From Polaromonas sp. YR568 (GTDB taxonomy: Bacteria; Pseudomonadota; Gammaproteobacteria; Burkholderiales; Burkholderiaceae_C), in NCBI RefSeq assembly GCF_943372955.1, contig NZ_CALSAL010000006.1, forward strand, positions 11,888 to 75,887: a stretch of 64,000 nt of DNA, in the 5' to 3' direction. Both the position numbers and the translations under genes were made by a program. Positions 62,949 to 64,000 of this stretch are shown here, piece by piece. Below the pieces are notes generated by a model, which ran no database searches, was not told the DNA's origin, and saw nothing but the letters and a program-made list of their open reading frames with translations. Within the stretch, counting starts at the first letter, position 1, and each line of letters starts with the position of its first letter.

Positions 62949-64000
62949 TTGTCCGTGGCCGTGCTGTCGGCGATGGTGTGGTTGTCGTCCTCGGCCCTGT
63001 CGCAGGCCCAGGCACCCAATACCAACAGCGGATCGCTGCCCTCCTTGGGGGAAAGCTCTGACCTGAGCGTGCTGAAGGAGCGGCGCATCGGCGACCGGAT
63101 CGCCGTCAGCGTCTACCGCGATCCGGATTACGTGGACGATCCGGTGCTGGTTGATTACGTGCAGGGCATCTGGCAGCCGCTGATGGCCGCTGCCCGGGCG
63201 CGCGGCGAGCTGAATGCCGAATTGGATGAGCGCTTTGCCTGGGAGATGTTTCTGGTGCGCGACCGCAGTGTCAATGCGTTTGCGTTGCCAGGTGGCTACT
63301 TCGGCCTGCATCTTGGCCTGATCGGCACGGTCAGCAACGTGGATGAACTGGCTGCGGTGCTCGGCCACGAACTGACCCACGTGACACAGCGCCACATCGC
63401 GCGGCTGATGACGCAGCAGTCCAGGCAGACACCGCTGGTGATTGCCGCCATGATTCTTGGCGTTCTGGCGGCAGGCAAGAATGCCGAGGTCGGCAATGCC
63501 GCCATCGTCGGTGGGCAGGCGGCACTGGCGCAGAACCAGCTCAATTTCTCGCGCGACATGGAGCGTGAAGCCGACCGCATCGGCTTTGGCGTAATGACCG
63601 ATGCCGGTTTTGAAAGTCGCGGCGTTGCCAGCATGTTCGAGAAGCTGCAACAGGCCTCGCGCCTGAACGACAACGGCGCGTTTCCCTACCTGCGCTCCCA
63701 CCCGCTCAACACGCAGCGCATTGCCGAGGCCCAGTCGCGCGTGCAACTAGCTGCATCCGAGGCGCCACAGCCGACGGCGCAGAAGGAACTGGCCCAAAGC
63801 CAGTCACGTGTGCTGCACGCGATGATGGCCGCCCGGGCGCGCGTGCTCGCTGCGCCGGGGGTGGACGGCCTGCGTTCCATGCTGGCCGAGGCGCAGCGCC
63901 GGCCGTTGCCACTGGCGGCGCCGCAGACGCCTGCCAGCGCCGACAACGTGCGCGATGTGGGCACCCTGTACGCTGCGGCACTCGCATCAATGCAACTGCG
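62949..64000 (+). CDS. M48 family metalloprotease (BepA/YfgC-like), 3' end beyond the window
   Basis: Not in the ORF track (runs off the window). The frame of ATG 62973 reads ...LSAMVWLSSSALSQAQA (signal peptide)...NAFALPGGYFGLHLGL...VLGHELTHVTQRH (HExxH)...SHPLNTQR and stays open to 64000. The start is uncertain (TTG 62871, TTG 62949, GTG 62955/62961 or ATG 62973). Confidence 0.8.
   Translation, partial: MSVAVLSAMVWLSSSALSQAQAPNTNSGSLPSLGESSDLSVLKERRIGDRIAVSVYRDPDYVDDPVLVDYVQGIWQPLMAAARARGELNAELDERFAWEMFLVRDRSVNAFALPGGYFGLHLGLIGTVSNVDELAAVLGHELTHVTQRHIARLMTQQSRQTPLVIAAMILGVLAAGKNAEVGNAAIVGGQAALAQNQLNFSRDMEREADRIGFGVMTDAGFESRGVASMFEKLQQASRLNDNGAFPYLRSHPLNTQRIAEAQSRVQLAASEAPQPTAQKELAQSQSRVLHAMMAARARVLAAPGVDGLRSMLAEAQRRPLPLAAPQTPASADNVRDVGTLYAAALASMQL

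Overview
High-GC (about mid-60s % by eye) chromosomal segment. The gene content suggests a beta-proteobacterium, probably Burkholderiales/Comamonadaceae (inference only): a Bug/TctC-type binding protein, a TctE/TctD-like two-component pair, short-form ArgC, and topoisomerase III with a C-terminal SWIB domain. There are three blocks. (1) 1-21.6 kb is mostly housekeeping. It holds a slyD-led minus-strand gene string with two paralogous alpha/beta hydrolases flanking a Bug gene and a DTW-domain gene. It also holds birA, a SET-domain gene with a poly-Lys tail, a tlpA-like gene coupled to topB, a two-component pair, marR, recA-recX, argC, sucCD and a TerC-family gene. A GC-rich REP-like repeat family fills three intergenic sites. 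(2) 21.9-32.4 kb is a tightly packed seven-gene plus-strand operon: CHASE2-Ser/Thr kinase, PP2C phosphatase, tandem-FHA protein, CHASE2-adenylate cyclase, class II cyclic-nucleotide phosphodiesterase, GAF-domain GspE/PilB-family ATPase, and a methyltransferase. This is my best candidate for an undescribed system: a phospho-regulated, cAMP-gated motor ATPase. (3) 32.5-62.9 kb holds a type IVa pilin gene inside an unusually dense protein-glycosylation landscape. It contains three tandem TPR-GT41 (OGT-like) genes and a pilA-linked GT-C/GtrB-like/GT-C module. It also contains a 10-gene ABC-transporter-dependent glycan operon (Wzm/Wzt with a carbohydrate-binding tail, two methyltransferases, a KpsC/S-like domain), a PglL-family O-oligosaccharyltransferase and a TfpX/TfpZ-like accessory gene. 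The window ends in a partial BepA-like M48 protease gene. I recognised no rRNA, tRNA, CRISPR array, transposase or integrase. Many long ORFs in the supplied track are antisense artefacts of high GC content.
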